Assembly: GCF_009834535.1 (NCBI RefSeq)
Contig: NC_045696.1
Location: 111,540,001 to 111,604,000 of the forward strand
Source of the DNA: Camelus ferus
Taxonomy: Eukaryota
Direction: 5' to 3'
DNA: 64,000 nucleotides
Shown: piece by piece, positions 1 through 13,405 of the stretch
Layout of the letters: each line of letters starts with the position of its first letter
Numbering within the stretch: the first letter of the stretch is position 1
The notes under the pieces: generated by a model
Told to the model about the DNA's origin: nothing
Database searches by the model: none
Seen by the model: only the letters and a program-made list of their open reading frames with translations
Position numbers and translations under genes: made by a program

Positions 1-434
1 CTGGCAGGGAGCCTGACAGGTGGGAAGAGAGGAAAAAGGACTTCTTGCTGTTTCCAGTTCCAGTCAGCATCGCTAGGATAACAGAAGACAGTAGTAGCTT
101 CAACCTCCAGACTCTTTTGGCAGTTCCAGAACCAGTCCACAGAGCAGGCGCCCGGACAGACGGCCAGCCACGCCCACATCAGCCACACTGTAACCCCCTC
201 AGAAGTTCAAGCGCCAGCCACACAGGGCCAGGCCCCTAGGTTTGGTGAATCTCCCTCTTTTTATCCCCTGCTGTTGTAGCCGCTCACTGCCAGTTCTTTA
301 TCTAGGTAACTTTGGCATCTACTTTTTGCACTTTGAGCCTTCCCACACCTTCATAACCAGTTTCTGTATTAAATTGCCTCAAATGGAAATACCTGGTATG
401 GTTTACGTTTCCCCATATGGACCCTGACTAATAG
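1..434 (+). mobile_element. ERVL solo LTR, LTR33-like (3' part; truncated by window start)
   Basis: Ends with ...ccagtttctgtattaaattgcctcaaatggaaatacctggtatggtt...ggaccctgactaata, resembling the LTR33-family 3' terminus from recall. Confidence 0.6.
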
Positions 435-934
435 AATGTCTTAGATGAAGTAAAGCACCTTGAAAATACTGAAGTGCATCTAAGTACTCTGTTTGTATCT
501 GTTATATTTTTACTAACAAGTTTTCTATAAACCACTTTATTTAGACGCTTTGCCTCAATTATCCACTTCTTCAGTTTGGAGCTTGAGTTTATTTTCTGCA
601 CACTCTTTTTAGTCTTTACAGTTTCACAATAACAGGCTAATTGGCTTTATATTATCTTTGTAGCTTCTAAACACCCTCATGTACTCAAAGCTTTATCTAT
701 AAAAGGTGACCATATACAAAGGAATATATATACACACAGGTTCACCAAGGGTAAACTGTACCTTTATTTTGAAACTTTCTACGGAAGATAAATCTTGATA
801 ATAGTGAAAGATACAATTTTGAAAATATTTATGAAAAAATATTTTTCTGCATATAAATTGCTGTGAATAAATTCATATGTTACTGGGGATAAGAGAACTT
901 CCTACATTTAATGTTTCTCTCTCAAAAAGTTCTT

Positions 935-3900
935 TTTTATGAAAAGATTTTTGTATTGAAATGTAATTGACTTACAATATTGTGTTCGTTTCGGATGTAC
1001 TGCATAATGATTTGATATTTGCATACATTATGAAATGATCACCATAATAAGTCTAGTAACCATCTGTTCCCACACAAAGTTATTACAATATTATTGACCA
1101 TATTCTGATGCTGTATATTGTATTAAATAACTTATTTATCACATAAATGGAAGTTTGTACCTCTTAATCCCCTTCACCTAGTTCACACCCTCCTCAATCC
1201 TCTTCCTTCTGGTAACAACCCATTTATTCTTTGTACCCATAAGTCTGTTTTCATTTTATTTTCTTTGTTTATTTGTTGTTTTTTGGGTTCTATATATAGA
1301 TTAGATCATGAAGTATTTGTCTTTCTCTGCCTGACTGATTTCCCTTAGCATAATACCCTCTAGACCCATGCATGTTATTGCAAATGGCAAGATTTCATTT
1401 TTTATAGCTAAGTAACATTCCATTGTTTTATATACATAAATATATATAATATATTTATCCATGATGTGATTGACACTTTAGTTGCTTCCATATCTTGACC
1501 ATTGTAAATAATGCTTCTATGAATATAGGGGTACATATATCTTTTAAAATTAGGGTTTTGTTTTCTTCAGGTAAATACCCAGAAGTGAAATTGTGGGATC
1601 ATATGATAGTTCTATTTTTAATTTTTTGAGGAACTCCATACTGTTTTCCAAAGTGGTTGCATCAATTTACCTTCCTACCAACAGTGCATGAGGGCTCCCT
1701 TTTCTCCACATCCTCACCAACACTTGCTTTTTCTCGTCTTTTGGATGATAACCATTCTTACAGGTGTGAGGTTTCTGGCAGGTCTCATTGTGGTTTTGAT
1801 TTACATTTCCCTGATGATTAGTGATGTTGAGAATCTTATCATGTGCCTACTAGCCATTTGTATGTCTTCTTTGGAAAAATGTCTATTCAGGTCCTCTGTC
1901 CATGTTTTAATTGGATTGATGGTGGTTGTTTTTGTTGTTGTTTTGATATTGAGTTGTATGAGTTCTTTGCATATATTGGATAATAACTCATCAGATGTAT
2001 CATTTGCAAACATCTTTTCTCATTCAGCAGGTTGCCTTTTTGTTTTGTTGATAATTTTCTTTGCTGTGCAAAAGCTGTTTAGTTTTATATAATCCCATTT
2101 GTTTATTTTTGCTTTGGTTTCCCTTTCTTGAAGAGACATATCCAAAAAAATATTTTAATCCATTCTGAGTTTATTTTTGTATATGGTATGATAAAGTAGT
2201 CCAGTTTGATTTTGTTCCATGTAGCTGTATAGTTTTCACAACACCATTTATTGAAGAGACTGTCTTGTCCCCATTATATATTCTTGATTCCTTTGTCATA
2301 GATTTATTGGTCATATAAGTATGGGTTCTTTCCTGGGCTCTCTATTCTGTTCCATTGATCTACATGTCTGCTTCTGTGCACCTTATTGTACTGATGACTA
2401 GTTTTGTAGTACAGTTTGAAATCAGGAAGTGTGATACCTCCAACTTCACTTTTTTTTTCCCTCAGTATTGTTTAGGCTATTGAGAGTTTCTGTGTTTCTA
2501 TGCAAATTTTAGAATTATTTGTCTTAGGTCTATGAAATACGTCATTGATATTTTGATAAGAATTGCATTGAGTCCATACATTGCCTTGGGTAGTATGGTC
2601 ATTTTAACAATATTAATTCTTCCAATCCATGAACACGGTATATCTTTCCATCTGTTTGTGTCATCTTCAGTTTTTTTTCAGTAGTGTCTTATAGTTTTCT
2701 GAGTATAGGTCTTTTACCTCCTTGGTTAGATTTATTCCTAGGTATTTTATTCTTTTTCAGGTGATTGTAAACTGGATTATTTTCTTAATTTCTCTTTCTG
2801 ATAGTTCATTGCTAGTGTATAGAAATGTAACCAATTTCCACATATTAATTTTGTATCCTGCAAATTTATCAAATTAACTGATGAGTTCTAATAGTTTTTT
2901 GGTGGTATTTCCTGTTACTGATCTTAACGGAAATGCTTTCAGCTTTTCACTATTTAATATGATGTTAACTGTGGACTTGTCATATATGGCCTTTATTTTG
3001 AAGTATGTTTCCTCTGTGCCCACTTTGTGAAGAGTTTTCATCATAAATGAATGTTGAACTTTGTCAAAAGCTTTTTCTGCATCTATTGAGATGATCATGT
3101 GATTTTTTTTTTCCCTTCAGTTTGTTAATGTGGTGTATCACATTGATTGATCTGGGAATACTGAAAGATCACTACATCCTTGGGATAAATCCCTCTTGGT
3201 CATGGTATACGGTCCTTTAATGTATTGTTGAATTCTATTTGCTAATGTTGTGTTAAGGTTTTTTGCTTTTGTGTTCATCAGTGATACTGGTCTGTAATTT
3301 TTTTGTGTGTAATATCTTTGTCTGGTTTTTGTATCAGGGTGTTGCTGATCCATCAGCTCTAACGTGTTATTTAAGGCCAGTGTTTTCTCATTGATTTTTT
3401 TATGTGGAGGATCTGTCCATTGGTATAAGTGGGATATTAAAGTCTTCTACTATTACTATGCTACTGTTGCTTTCTTACTTTATGTCTGCTAATATTTGGC
3501 TTATGTATTTAAGTGCTCCTAAGTTGGGTGCATATATAGTTACAATTTTTATATCTTCTTGTTGGATCAGTCCCTTTGTCATTATTCTTTTTTGTCTCTT
3601 CCTATTTTAGAAGCCTATTTTGTCATATGTAACTATTGCTACCCCCATTTTTTTTTTCTATTTCCATTCGCATGGAGTAAATTTTTCTGTTCCCTCACAT
3701 TTAGTCTGTATGTGTCTTTAGATCTGAAGTGAGTCTCTTATAGGCAGCTTATGAGTCTTGTCTTATTATAGAGTCTTGTGTTTTTATCCATTCAGCCAGG
3801 CGATGTCTTTAAATTGGAATCCATTTAGATTTAAAGTAATTATTGATAGGTATGAACTTATTGCCATTTTATTAATTGTCTTCAGATTGCTTTTGTTGTT

Positions 3901-5287
3901 CTTTTTTTGTTCCTTTTTTCTCCCTTTGAGCTATTCCCTCATCATTTAGTGACTATCTTTAGTGTTATGTTTGGATTCCTTTTCCTTTCGTGTGTATCTA
4001 TTAAATGTTTTTGGTTTTGGGTTACCATAAAGTTCACATATAAATAGAAAGATAAAGATGATTTTAAGTTTTTGGTATCTTCAGTTTGAAAGCATTCTAA
4101 CAACCCTTCATTTTTACTCCCCAGATTTAATGTTTTGACATAATATTTTACATAGCTTTGTTTCATATATTCCTTAACTACTTATTGTAGATATAGTTGA
4201 CTTTACTACTTTTGTCTTTTACCCTCCTACTAGCTTTATATATGGTTGATCTAACACCTTTTCTATATATTTGACTTTACCAATGAGATCTTTTTTTTTT
4301 TTTTTTCAAATGTTGCCCAGTCTTGGAGAAGTAGTCTTGTGCAGGAGATGTCCTACAGGGCTGAGCAGCACACTCACTCCCCTCTGGTCATCAGTTATAC
4401 ACTCTAGGGACACCTCCTATGAAATTAAATACAGGGCCCTTCTGTTGTGGTGGGGCAACTACTGTAGATGGACTTGTAGACAGAGTTGGTTCCCAACCTG
4501 GCTGGCTGGCTGCCAGGCCCTGCTTCATGTGGTAGCTATTGGCCCACTGGTGGGTGGGGCCAGGTCCTGGTGCAGCTGGCTGAATAGCCTGGGAGTCTCA
4601 GGGCTGGTGCTGGCTTGCTGGTGGGTAAGCCCCCAGAGCTAATAGACAAGAAGGTAGACTCCAAAATGGTGCTTGGCAACACCAGTGTTCTTGTGGTAGA
4701 GTGAGCTCCCCATAATGACTACCACCTACATCTGTGCCTCCAAGGGGAGTCCCAGTTGCCTCCTCCCTCTCTGTGAGACTCTCCAAGATCAGCAAGTGGG
4801 TTCAACCTAGGCTCCTTTCAAACTTCTGCCTCTGGCTGGGACTCTGAGTATGTGAGATTTTGCATGTACCCTTTAAGACTGGAGTCTCTATTTCCCACAG
4901 CCCTCTTGCTTTCCTGTATGCAAGCCTCACTGTTCTTAAAAGCCAAATGATCTGGGGGCTCATCTTCCTGGTACAGGACGCCCAGGTTGGGAAGTCCGAG
5001 ACAGGATCCCACCTCTCATTGCTTAGGAAGAATTTCTGCAATTGTGATTATTCTCCTGTTTGTGAGTCACCCATCCAGAGGTGTCTTGACTATATTGTAC
5101 TTCCAGCCCTCCTGCCCATCTCATTGTTGCTCCTTCTTTACATCTTTAGTTGTAGTAGATCTTTCCTATTTGTCTTGAGGTCATTCTCATCAGTAATTGT
5201 TCCATAAATTCTCATTATTTTCGAGTGCCCATGGAGGAGGTGAGCTCTGGGTCTTTCTACTCTGTCATCTTGGCCACACACCCACCT
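935..5287 (-). mobile_element. L1 (LINE-1), 5'UTR to 3' end, with several large internal deletions; L1MA-age
   Basis: Minus-strand ORF2 peptides ([46 protein letters not shown]); endonuclease-region sequence at about 3350-3950; 5' start motif rc(caagatg...agtag) near 5257-5272; candidate TSD tcaaaaagttctt (922-934) / tcagaaagttttt (5288-5300). Confidence 0.9.
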
Positions 5288-7319
5288 TCAGAAAGTTTTT
5301 GATGTGTGAATTCTGGTCTTTGTCCACTTTAATCTCTAGAGTTCATATCCAGGACAAGCAAGGATATTACAGATTTCTGTGACTTTAGATAAGATGCACT
5401 ACAGCTCTGACCTGAGTTGTCTCATCTGAGAAAAACAAGGAATTCGGCAAGATTCTGATTCCTTTCAACATTAAAGGCATGTTTTCTCACATCTCTTTCA
5501 TAAAGCCTGTATTTAATTTTTTTTCTCCACCAGCAGACTGCTTTTAAGTTTGGATTTCCCAATATCTATTGGACACAGGCGTAGAGAACTTTCAATTGGA
5601 TATTGTAATTTCTAAATTTCTTCTTATTTTAAAATTTACTTCAGCTTTTTCAAAATGTTGAGCATAATTCTGTGGCTCCCATTATTATATTCATGAGCTT
5701 CTAAGAGTGTTCCAGGTTTGGACCCACTGGTCCCAGTAAAGTCCATTTGGCTTTGTTGTCTAAATCTGTACTCTTAGGTGAATTCTACAATTTATGTCAA
5801 AGAAGTAGGTCTTTAACCAACACTTTTATTCAAAAGTGTGTAATAAGAACTGAAATAGTGTGGAACCAAATGAACACATGCTTTATTTCCTTCAGGGTCA
5901 CTTTATTGATTACTGCCACAGAAGATAAAGCCATCAAGTAATTGTTTTCAATCCCAGAAGATTCAGTCATGCTTATAGAGACAAAGTCTTGAGATTTCAT
6001 ATATTTATATAATCACAGAATTGAAAGGAGTCTCAATTAATTAGTCCAACAATGGGGCTGCACAATGTTTGTCCAAACTATGCTTGAATACACTAAACTG
6101 ACAGGGATTTGTTAATGTTGCATAATTCAAACCAGCAGACCCCTGTAACCAACATACTTCTATTGTCTGAAACCAAAGACCCATACGCATTCTTTTGGTC
6201 TTCCGTTACTGATGCAGAGAAGGTAGACATTAAATAATCTCTAATGTTGAAGGATAGCTCAAGTGGCGTGTACTGGATAGTCTGGCTTCAGCTCACCTGC
6301 ATGAAATGGAAACCAGCACACCCTGTTTTTATCTCCACAGGCAGGGTAAAGAAGATTGTTAAAGCGATCATGTGGATAATTCAGGGCAATGAGAAAATGC
6401 AGTTATTGAAGTCAAAGGAAATTCAGGGTTACCTAAATTATACAGATTGGCATTTGTTTTGATTAAATTGCAATATCTGCTTTACTTAATCTGTAAATGC
6501 AGTCTCTCTGCCATATGCCACTTCCACTAGAAAGAACATTTATGTTTCTTTTAGCTGGTTTTTTCCTTTTTGCAACTTATATTTTTAGAAAAGACTTGTA
6601 TCACCCATAATTCAAGTAATTATCAGTTTCCAGCAGACTTGTTGATTTTCTTAATTAAACTTAGCTAACAAATTATTTTAAAAAGAAAGACAAATGCAAC
6701 AGCTTTTCCTAGTCCAATTCATTAACTGTTCCTTATTTTATTTTATACCCTTTAGACTAGGCAGTAAATTGTCCATAAAACAACACTTCTAATTTTATTA
6801 CTTTCAACTTAGGCTCATGGTTTCAAGTTGCAAAGAAAAAAAATAATTCTTAGACTACTACTGTTTTTTTTAGAACAGCATTACCAGAATGTGTCTTGAG
6901 GTAGATGAAAAAAGTTTCAGAAAAGGAATATGCAGACTTTCAGGGGCGTCTCAAATTATCCCATGGAGGCGCAATTTGTTATAACGATAACAGGATTTTT
7001 TTTAATCTCATCAGACTGCCCCTCTTTTTTTCTGACTTGAAATTGAATACTGTTGCAGTTAAATAAATTGTCTTTGTTTTCAAATAGTTTTTATGACCAA
7101 AAGCTATTTCCTTTCTCATTTTCTTAGACAAATACTTCTTGCCTTGGCCATATTTCTCAAAGAAACCTATTTATTTTTAATTTCAGAGATCCCAACCTAA
7201 TCCAGGCCCTTAATTCCTGACCCATGGACAATCACAGTAATCTTCCCACTCCATGCCTCCACTTTCCTCCTAAATCTAGTGCAGCACTGTTGTGCCGTGG
7301 CCAGGAGCGCAGGGTGGAG

Positions 7320-7975
7320 CCAGGCCATCCGGGTTTAAAGCTCAGCTCCAGGTCACTCAGGCATGTGGCTTTACCCTTCTGCTCCTTAGTTTGTCGTCTT
7401 GAAAATGAAGTATTAGTAGTACACACATAATTCTGCTCCTGGAACTGTTGATTCTCTGCTCTGCTCTGTGTCACAAAGGGGCTTCCACCGGGTTCAGCCA
7501 GTGGGTGACCTGAATGGGAGAGGGTAAGAAGAAGGAAAAAGCCAGGCGACATCTCTCCCTCCTGCCCATCCCCAGTCAGCCTCCCGCCACTGACTGCACT
7601 CCCTCCACAGCTCCAGCTTTCTTGGGATGGGCTTGCTATGGTTCCAACTTGACCTTGACCTAGTGACCCCTGCCCCTGGCTCCCTGCAGCACTGCCTCCT
7701 TCCTTTGTCCTTCCAGCCCAGCTATGGTAGCAGCTTTCTGATGCAGTGGATCTAAGGTGTTTCCACATCTCCTATTGGCCTCCCATCAATTCCATCACCT
7801 GTGTATTAAATCCCCTCTGTTTTAAATATTCAAGGTACGGCTTTCCTGATCAGACCTGGTTAAACCCTGAGTGATCCAGTACTTCACAGTGTTATTGGGG
7901 ATTTTAAATGAATTATATATCAAAACACTGAGAACAGTTCTTGGACCTCGATAAATATTAGTGATTATTAAATAT
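7320..7975 (+). mobile_element. MIR SINE split by an LTR33-like insertion
   Basis: MIR core (...tgaaaatgaagtattagtagtac) resumes after the LTR as gtacttcacagtgttattggggattttaaatgaa. Confidence 0.55.
7423..7878 (+). mobile_element. ERVL solo LTR, LTR33-like
   Basis: 3' end cacctgtgtattaaatcccctctgttttaaata...ccctgagtgatcca; gtac on both flanks. Confidence 0.6.
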
Positions 7976-8224
7976 TTTATATATTTTATATATTATTGCT
8001 CCACTAAGTAATGAGAAATCCCCTGAGCTTTACTCTTCTGTGGATGCAACTGAATTCAAGTTAATATGAATACTCAAATTACACAAGCTCAGTTACCTCA
8101 CCTGTAGAAAAAGCACCCTACCCCTCAGTACTTCTGAAGTCCCCGATGGTGGGTCACACATACTCATGAGTAAGTCAGCTCCTCGTAAAATTCATAGTTT
8201 AGCACAATACCTAACATCTACATC

Positions 8225-8676
8225 CTATTGGTTCCCCAGGGCTGTCATAACAAAGCACAGCAAACTTACTGGGTTACAACAACAGAAAGTTATCTGTTAT
8301 TAACTGATAGTTTGGGAAGCTGAATGTCTAAAGTCAAGTTGCAGGGCCATGCACCCTCTGAAGGCTTTTGGAAGGAATCTTTCCTTGCTTCTTCCTAGCT
8401 TCTGGTAGTTGCCAACAATTCTTAGTGGCAGTCCTTGGCATCACTGGTCCACAGTTGCATCACTCCAATGTCTGCCTCCATAGTCACAAGGCCTTCTCTC
8501 TGTGCATGTCTCCAAATCTCTCTCTAATTATAAGGACACCAGTCATTGGATTAGAGCCTGCCTAATCTAAACTTGACTGTGTCTGAATAACCTTATTTCC
8601 AAACGAGGTCCCATTTAAAGGTACTTGGGGTTAGAATGTCATTATCTTTCTAGGGAATACAGTGTGACCCATAACA
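8225..8676 (-). mobile_element. MaLR solo LTR (MLT1A-C-like)
   Basis: gggctgtcataacaaagcac...aacaacagaaag...gggccatgcaccctctgaaggc...cccataaca, typical reverse-orientation MLT1 sequence. Confidence 0.8.
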
Positions 8677-8704
8677 CATATTTTGCTTTAAACATACATC
8701 TTAC

Positions 8705-8875
8705 CTGTGTGATGCTATTTAATTATTATCAAATGCCTGAAGCAAGTGTTGTTATCCCCATTTTAGAAACGAGGAGGCTGACATTAGAAAATTTAAGGAT
8801 CTATCCAAAGTGCAACATAGAGCCAGTATATTGCAAAATTAGAACTTGAATTCAGTTTTTCTGGATTTTGGACCA
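8705..8875 (-). mobile_element. MIR SINE
   Basis: ttatccccattttagaaacgaggaggctga core. Confidence 0.65.
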
Positions 8876-9059
8876 TTTCTTTTCAAATTATATCACTTAA
8901 CCCTTGAATTCAGTGAGGACACTGATCTTAGTAATTAAGCAGGTTGAGGTTCCTGAGTGTTCCTCCAACCCCTAGACCACATTCCCAGAGCCAGCCGAGC
9001 AGCCAAAGGTCTAAAAGTCAATGTATGTAGTGTGAGTTTGCTGGCATATGATAGACTTT

Positions 9060-9480
9060 CTCTGCTTATGCAGCTGAGGTCAACTGGGAGTCAGCTATGC
9101 AGCCTACTCTCTGTATATGGGATCTCTCACTCTTCTGGGTTTGGCTGCTCCAGGCTAAACTCAACTTGATCCAGTCTCCACTGCTCCACCTGTCCTTCAT
9201 CCTTTGCCTGAGACCAGCAAGCTATGCTAGACTTGTTTTCATGGTGATGGTAGAGGTTCAAGAGAGAAGGTAAGTCCCAACGCACAAGCCCATGTCAAGC
9301 CTCTTCTGCTTGCTTTGGTTGCTAATATCCCATTGGCCAGAGCGAGTTCTGTGGCTGACCCTGGTGTCGCAGGGCTGTGCAGGGCATGCTGCTCGTATTG
9401 GGAGGGGACTGCAAAATAACATGACAGTGGGAGTGGGCAGAGGGAAGGGGGAAGAACTGTAGCCCTATTTGCTTTCCAGT
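9060..9480 (-). mobile_element. MaLR solo LTR (MLT1H-like)
   Basis: gctaatatcccattggccagagcgagt...ggactgcaaaataacatgac motifs. Confidence 0.6.
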
Positions 9481-10667
9481 GATGATGGAGAGTGGTTTCT
9501 TTCTCCCAACCAGCACCGGGACCACACTGGTGCCAAGCTAGCACCAATGGCCTCAGGTCATCAACGGCTTGGTTACCTGAAGTTTAGTGCCTCTCCTCTT
9601 CACACAGTAGGTAATCTTCTTGCAGTCCCTCAATAAATTTTGAAACTTCTTGTAATTCTGTGGCTGGCTTTTACATAAGGTTTGAGCTTATTGAAAATGA
9701 AAGGGTCATCATTTTAGAAGGATGGAAATACTTGCAGAATGGAGAAACATAAATTGTTTTACTGCAGCAGACGGAATCATTTACATTCAATCGCATATCT
9801 CTCTCTCCCCCAGTTCTAATATTCCTCATATTTCAGCAGAAGGTTTAATTTTTCACTTTGACACTATGATTCTACTTTCTCTTCAATAGCTTATATCTGG
9901 AAAAAAAAATAGAAGAGAAACATATTTTAGAAATCTCAGTAATGGATTCTCTTGTTCTTTAAAAACAAAATCAGTTGCTAACAGTATTTCAATAAGTGCA
10001 TTTATATGCTGAGTTTTTCTCAGCAAACACTCTTTTTCTAGATTTCACCCCTTTGTGTGTAGATTCATAAGTTATGAAATATAGTTGGTCCTCAATAAAT
10101 GTTTGCTGAATAAATAAATAAGTGGGTTAATATATGCCTGGTCATCTATCAATTCTCAACCAATAACGCCCACAGAGGAAAGATAGGTGATATTGGTTGT
10201 AAAATTTGTAAACAGAATTATTTCCACCCCAATTGCAGCAACCAGAGAGAATATAGGATCCAAGATCTTTACATCTTTTGTGCCAAAATTTCACATCATC
10301 ATGCTGAGATGAATCCCAGGAAATAACAAACTTGGCTAAGAGCAAATGTGGTTCATCAGAGCGTTTTGATAATAGTAATTCCACCAACAAGGGAATTGTT
10401 GGTAAATATAGTAATATGTAATAGTATGCAAACTTCGAAGTGGCCACTGTGAAGATACTGTGGGAAGATGAAAATAGCCTTTTTAAAGCAAGATACAAAA
10501 TTATATGACCAAAATATTTACATTTAGGCAAAGATTTATATAAAAACTATAAATGAACGGGCAAAAAATGATAGTAGCTATGTTTTAGGATGCTTGCACA
10601 ATGGAGTAATTTTTTTTCCCTCTGATTTCTCAACTGCCTCTGATTTTATTTTACTTTTTAAAATTTT

Positions 10668-11300
10668 CTGGTGGGAATATAAATTGGTGCAGCCACTGTG
10701 GAAAACAGTATGGCAGTTTCTCAAAAAAACTAAAAAGTAAAACTTGCAATTCCACTCCTGGGTACATATCTGAAAAAAACAAAAACACTAATTTGACAGG
10801 ATACATGCACCCCAATGTTCACAGCAGCATTATTTATAATAGCTAATATATGGAAGCAACCTAAGGGTCCATCAACAGATGAATGGATAAAAAAGATGTG
10901 GTATATATATACAATGGAACACTACTCAACCATAAAGAATGAAATAATGGCATCTGCAGCAACATGGATGGATTAGAGGACATTATGCTGAGTGAAATAA
11001 GAGAAATCAGATAGAGAAAGACAAATACTGTATGATATCACTTATGTGTGGAATCTAAAAAATACAATAAACTAGTGAATATAACAAAATAGAAGCAGAC
11101 TCACAGATATAGAGGAAAAAACAGTGGTTACCAGTGAGGAAGGAGGGGCAACTGTTATAGGGGTGGGGGCGTGGGAGGCACAAGCTTTTGGGTATATGGT
11201 AAGTTCAAGGATGTATTATACAACAGAGGGCAATATAGCCAAGATTTTGTAATAACTAAGTGGAAAGTAACCTTTAAAAATTGTACAAAATTTAAAATTT
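10668..11300 (+). mobile_element. 5'-truncated L1 (ORF2 C-terminus plus 3'UTR)
   Basis: ggtgcagccactgtggaaaacagtatgg...gatgaatggataaaaaagatgtgg...tatcacttatgtgtggaatctaaaaa; A-rich end. Confidence 0.92.
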
Positions 11301-11507
11301 TTTTTTTAATTTGGAAAAAAAGAAAAAAGAGTGCAACCCAATCCTCTAATTTACCCCATTGGTTAATAATCTGTAAAACTTCAATTTTATAAAAGTATAT
11401 TGACTCAATTTAGACGTAGCATTGTATTTGCTACTAATGTTTTGCCCGCTTGATAGACTTGAGAAGTGGCATCCAAGGAATATGATGTTCATGGAAATGT
11501 TATGTCC

Positions 11508-11790
11508 ACAGGCCCTCATCTGAAATCCAAAAACTACAAATCTGAGATCCAAAAACTATAAAAAACTAGAAGCTTTTTGTAAAGCATTGGATGGCAAAAC
11601 CTGACCTGAACTGACAGGAGGCTACGTTTACCACTTAGTTTAAATATTCATCCTTTTCACTGCAGAAAGATTTGTGTGTTTGATTGCAGGGTACTGTCCA
11701 GTCCCTGATGTCTAAGGCTCCATATTACCTTTCCAAAAATCCTAAAGTTCTAATCACAAGGGTTTTCTAGAAAGGAATATGTGTCTTCAG
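11508..11790. mobile_element. Old TcMar-Tigger-type non-autonomous DNA transposon
   Basis: ggcaaaacctgacctgaactgaca and tattacctttccaaaaatcc motifs, recalled from Tigger-derived MITEs; TIRs degenerate. Confidence 0.45.
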
Positions 11791-11864
11791 GGTCAATGAC
11801 ATGGTGATAGTAACAGTTCTCCTAATGATGTATGGTTTTCGTTCCAGAGATGCTGTTTTCACGT

Positions 11865-12065
11865 CTACGATGTGTCAGACAACTTTCTAGTTTCATGCTC
11901 ACTCCTCTGTGCACTCTGATTTCAGTTAATCTTTACAACAGCTCTATGAAGATGCTTCTACCACCTCAGCTTTATAGCTGGAGGAAGTGATGCTCTGAGA
12001 GAAGGAATTGACCGCCACAGTCACACACTGACCCACAGTGCTGTTGGCATTCAGGAGAACTCTCT
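11865..12065 (-). mobile_element. MIR SINE
   Basis: ttaatctttacaacagctctatgaag...gaggaagtgatgctctgagaga. Confidence 0.55.
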
Positions 12066-12100
12066 GGATGATGATCATTACTTTACATCTCAATTAGTTT

Positions 12101-12597
12101 TGTTAACAACCAAACTTGGGCCCACTCACCCTCACACAGTAAAGCCAATCTACCGACACAGAGCTGTGCTGCAGGAAAATGCAGCGTTGATTGCAATGTG
12201 CCCTGCAAGTAGTCCGGGACAGCTGGTGCTGAAAAAGCCCAAACTCCCTGATGGGTTTCGGGAAAGCATTTTTAAAGGCCAGGTAAGGGAGGCGGGGGTC
12301 ACAGGGTACGTGATCAGCTCGTGCACAGTTCTGTGATTGGTTGATGGCGAGGTAACATGCCAGTGGGACAGGGGTTAACATTATCGATCCTTAGGCTCCA
12401 GGAAGCCTGGGGGCTGGATGTGCTCATGGTTATCAAGTAGTTAACATCTTCCATTTGGTGGAGGTTTCATGTCTGTAAAACAGCTCAGGAAATGTGCATC
12501 GGATACTGTATCTGGGTATTGCAGAGAGGAGCTAAAGCAGAGGATGTGGGGGAGGGGTCTGTGGCGGGAAGGTCCTATGGGGTCCTGCTTGGTTACA
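12101..12597 (-). mobile_element. ERV1-class solo LTR
   Basis: TG...CA termini (tgttaac...gttaca), about 500 bp, flanks gttt/tttt, internal CCAAT box on minus strand. Confidence 0.75.
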
Positions 12598-13154
12598 TTT
12601 TTGTTTCTCTGATTAACTGTACGTCCGTTTCTTGCTCAGGCAAACTCCACTCCTGTACCTCTCCTCTGTCCCTTAGCCCTGATTTAGAGCAGGCAAATGA
12701 TCCACTTCATAAACCGGCCACCCTGTGAAGCTCTTAATGCCAAGCGTCCCGGTCCTTTCTTCTGTGCTGGGAAAGAGCGGTATTGTTTACAAAGCAGTTT
12801 CTGCGTGTCAGGCACCCTGCTTTCCACGCGGCATCTTCTCTCACCTTCCCACCAGGGATCGAGGTAGATCTTACTGTTTTTAGTTCTTAGGTGAAGATGC
12901 AGAAACTGACTGTGAGGATAATCTCAGAGCTGTTCTGAAGGAAACTACTGTCTATTAACTGGCAACATAATACAGGGCTGTGTTTATCAAAGTGCAATCT
13001 GCTGATGAAAGGTGCCAGAATCACGGAGACTCCTAGCCTCCTCGCCAGGACAACCACATCGCAGTATCTAGAGCTCGAGCCCTTGAATCTGTGCTTAAGA
13101 TGCTCCCCCCTAGAAAACTCACACTGGGAAGTTTGAACCCAGCCTGGCAGAACA

Positions 13155-13405
13155 GGTGTGGGCTTTGAAACCAAGCTGCTCAGCATTTAAATCCAGGCTC
13201 CACCACATATTAGCTGTGTGACTTTGGCTGAATTTCTATCAGTCTCTGAGCCTCCATCTTCCTATGTATAAGGTGGGACTACTCACGTGCCTTGCCTCGT
13301 ACGTTGTGGAGGGTAAATGAGGCACCGTATGTGGTGTTCTTCGCTTGTGATAAGGCAGACATTCAATAAACTGTACTGAGTAGATAAAAGAATGGATGAA
13401 TAAAC
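13155..13405 (+). mobile_element. MIR SINE with adjacent L2-like tail
   Basis: aaatccaggctccaccacatattagctgtgtgactttgg...ctctgagcctc; then caataaactg...gaatggatgaat. Confidence 0.7.

Noticed and set aside
1688..2092. Hydrophobic membrane-protein-like ORFs (also 19311-19712, 41895-42266, 43960-44253)
   Set aside because: Antisense translations of A-rich L1 sequence, a common artefact.
7232..7768. Longest ORF (178 aa, minus strand)
   Set aside because: Lies over an LTR33-like element and MIR; G/S/Q-biased with no recognisable domain.
10142..10531. 129-aa minus-strand ORF
   Set aside because: Non-ATG start, AT-rich, no recognisable domain.
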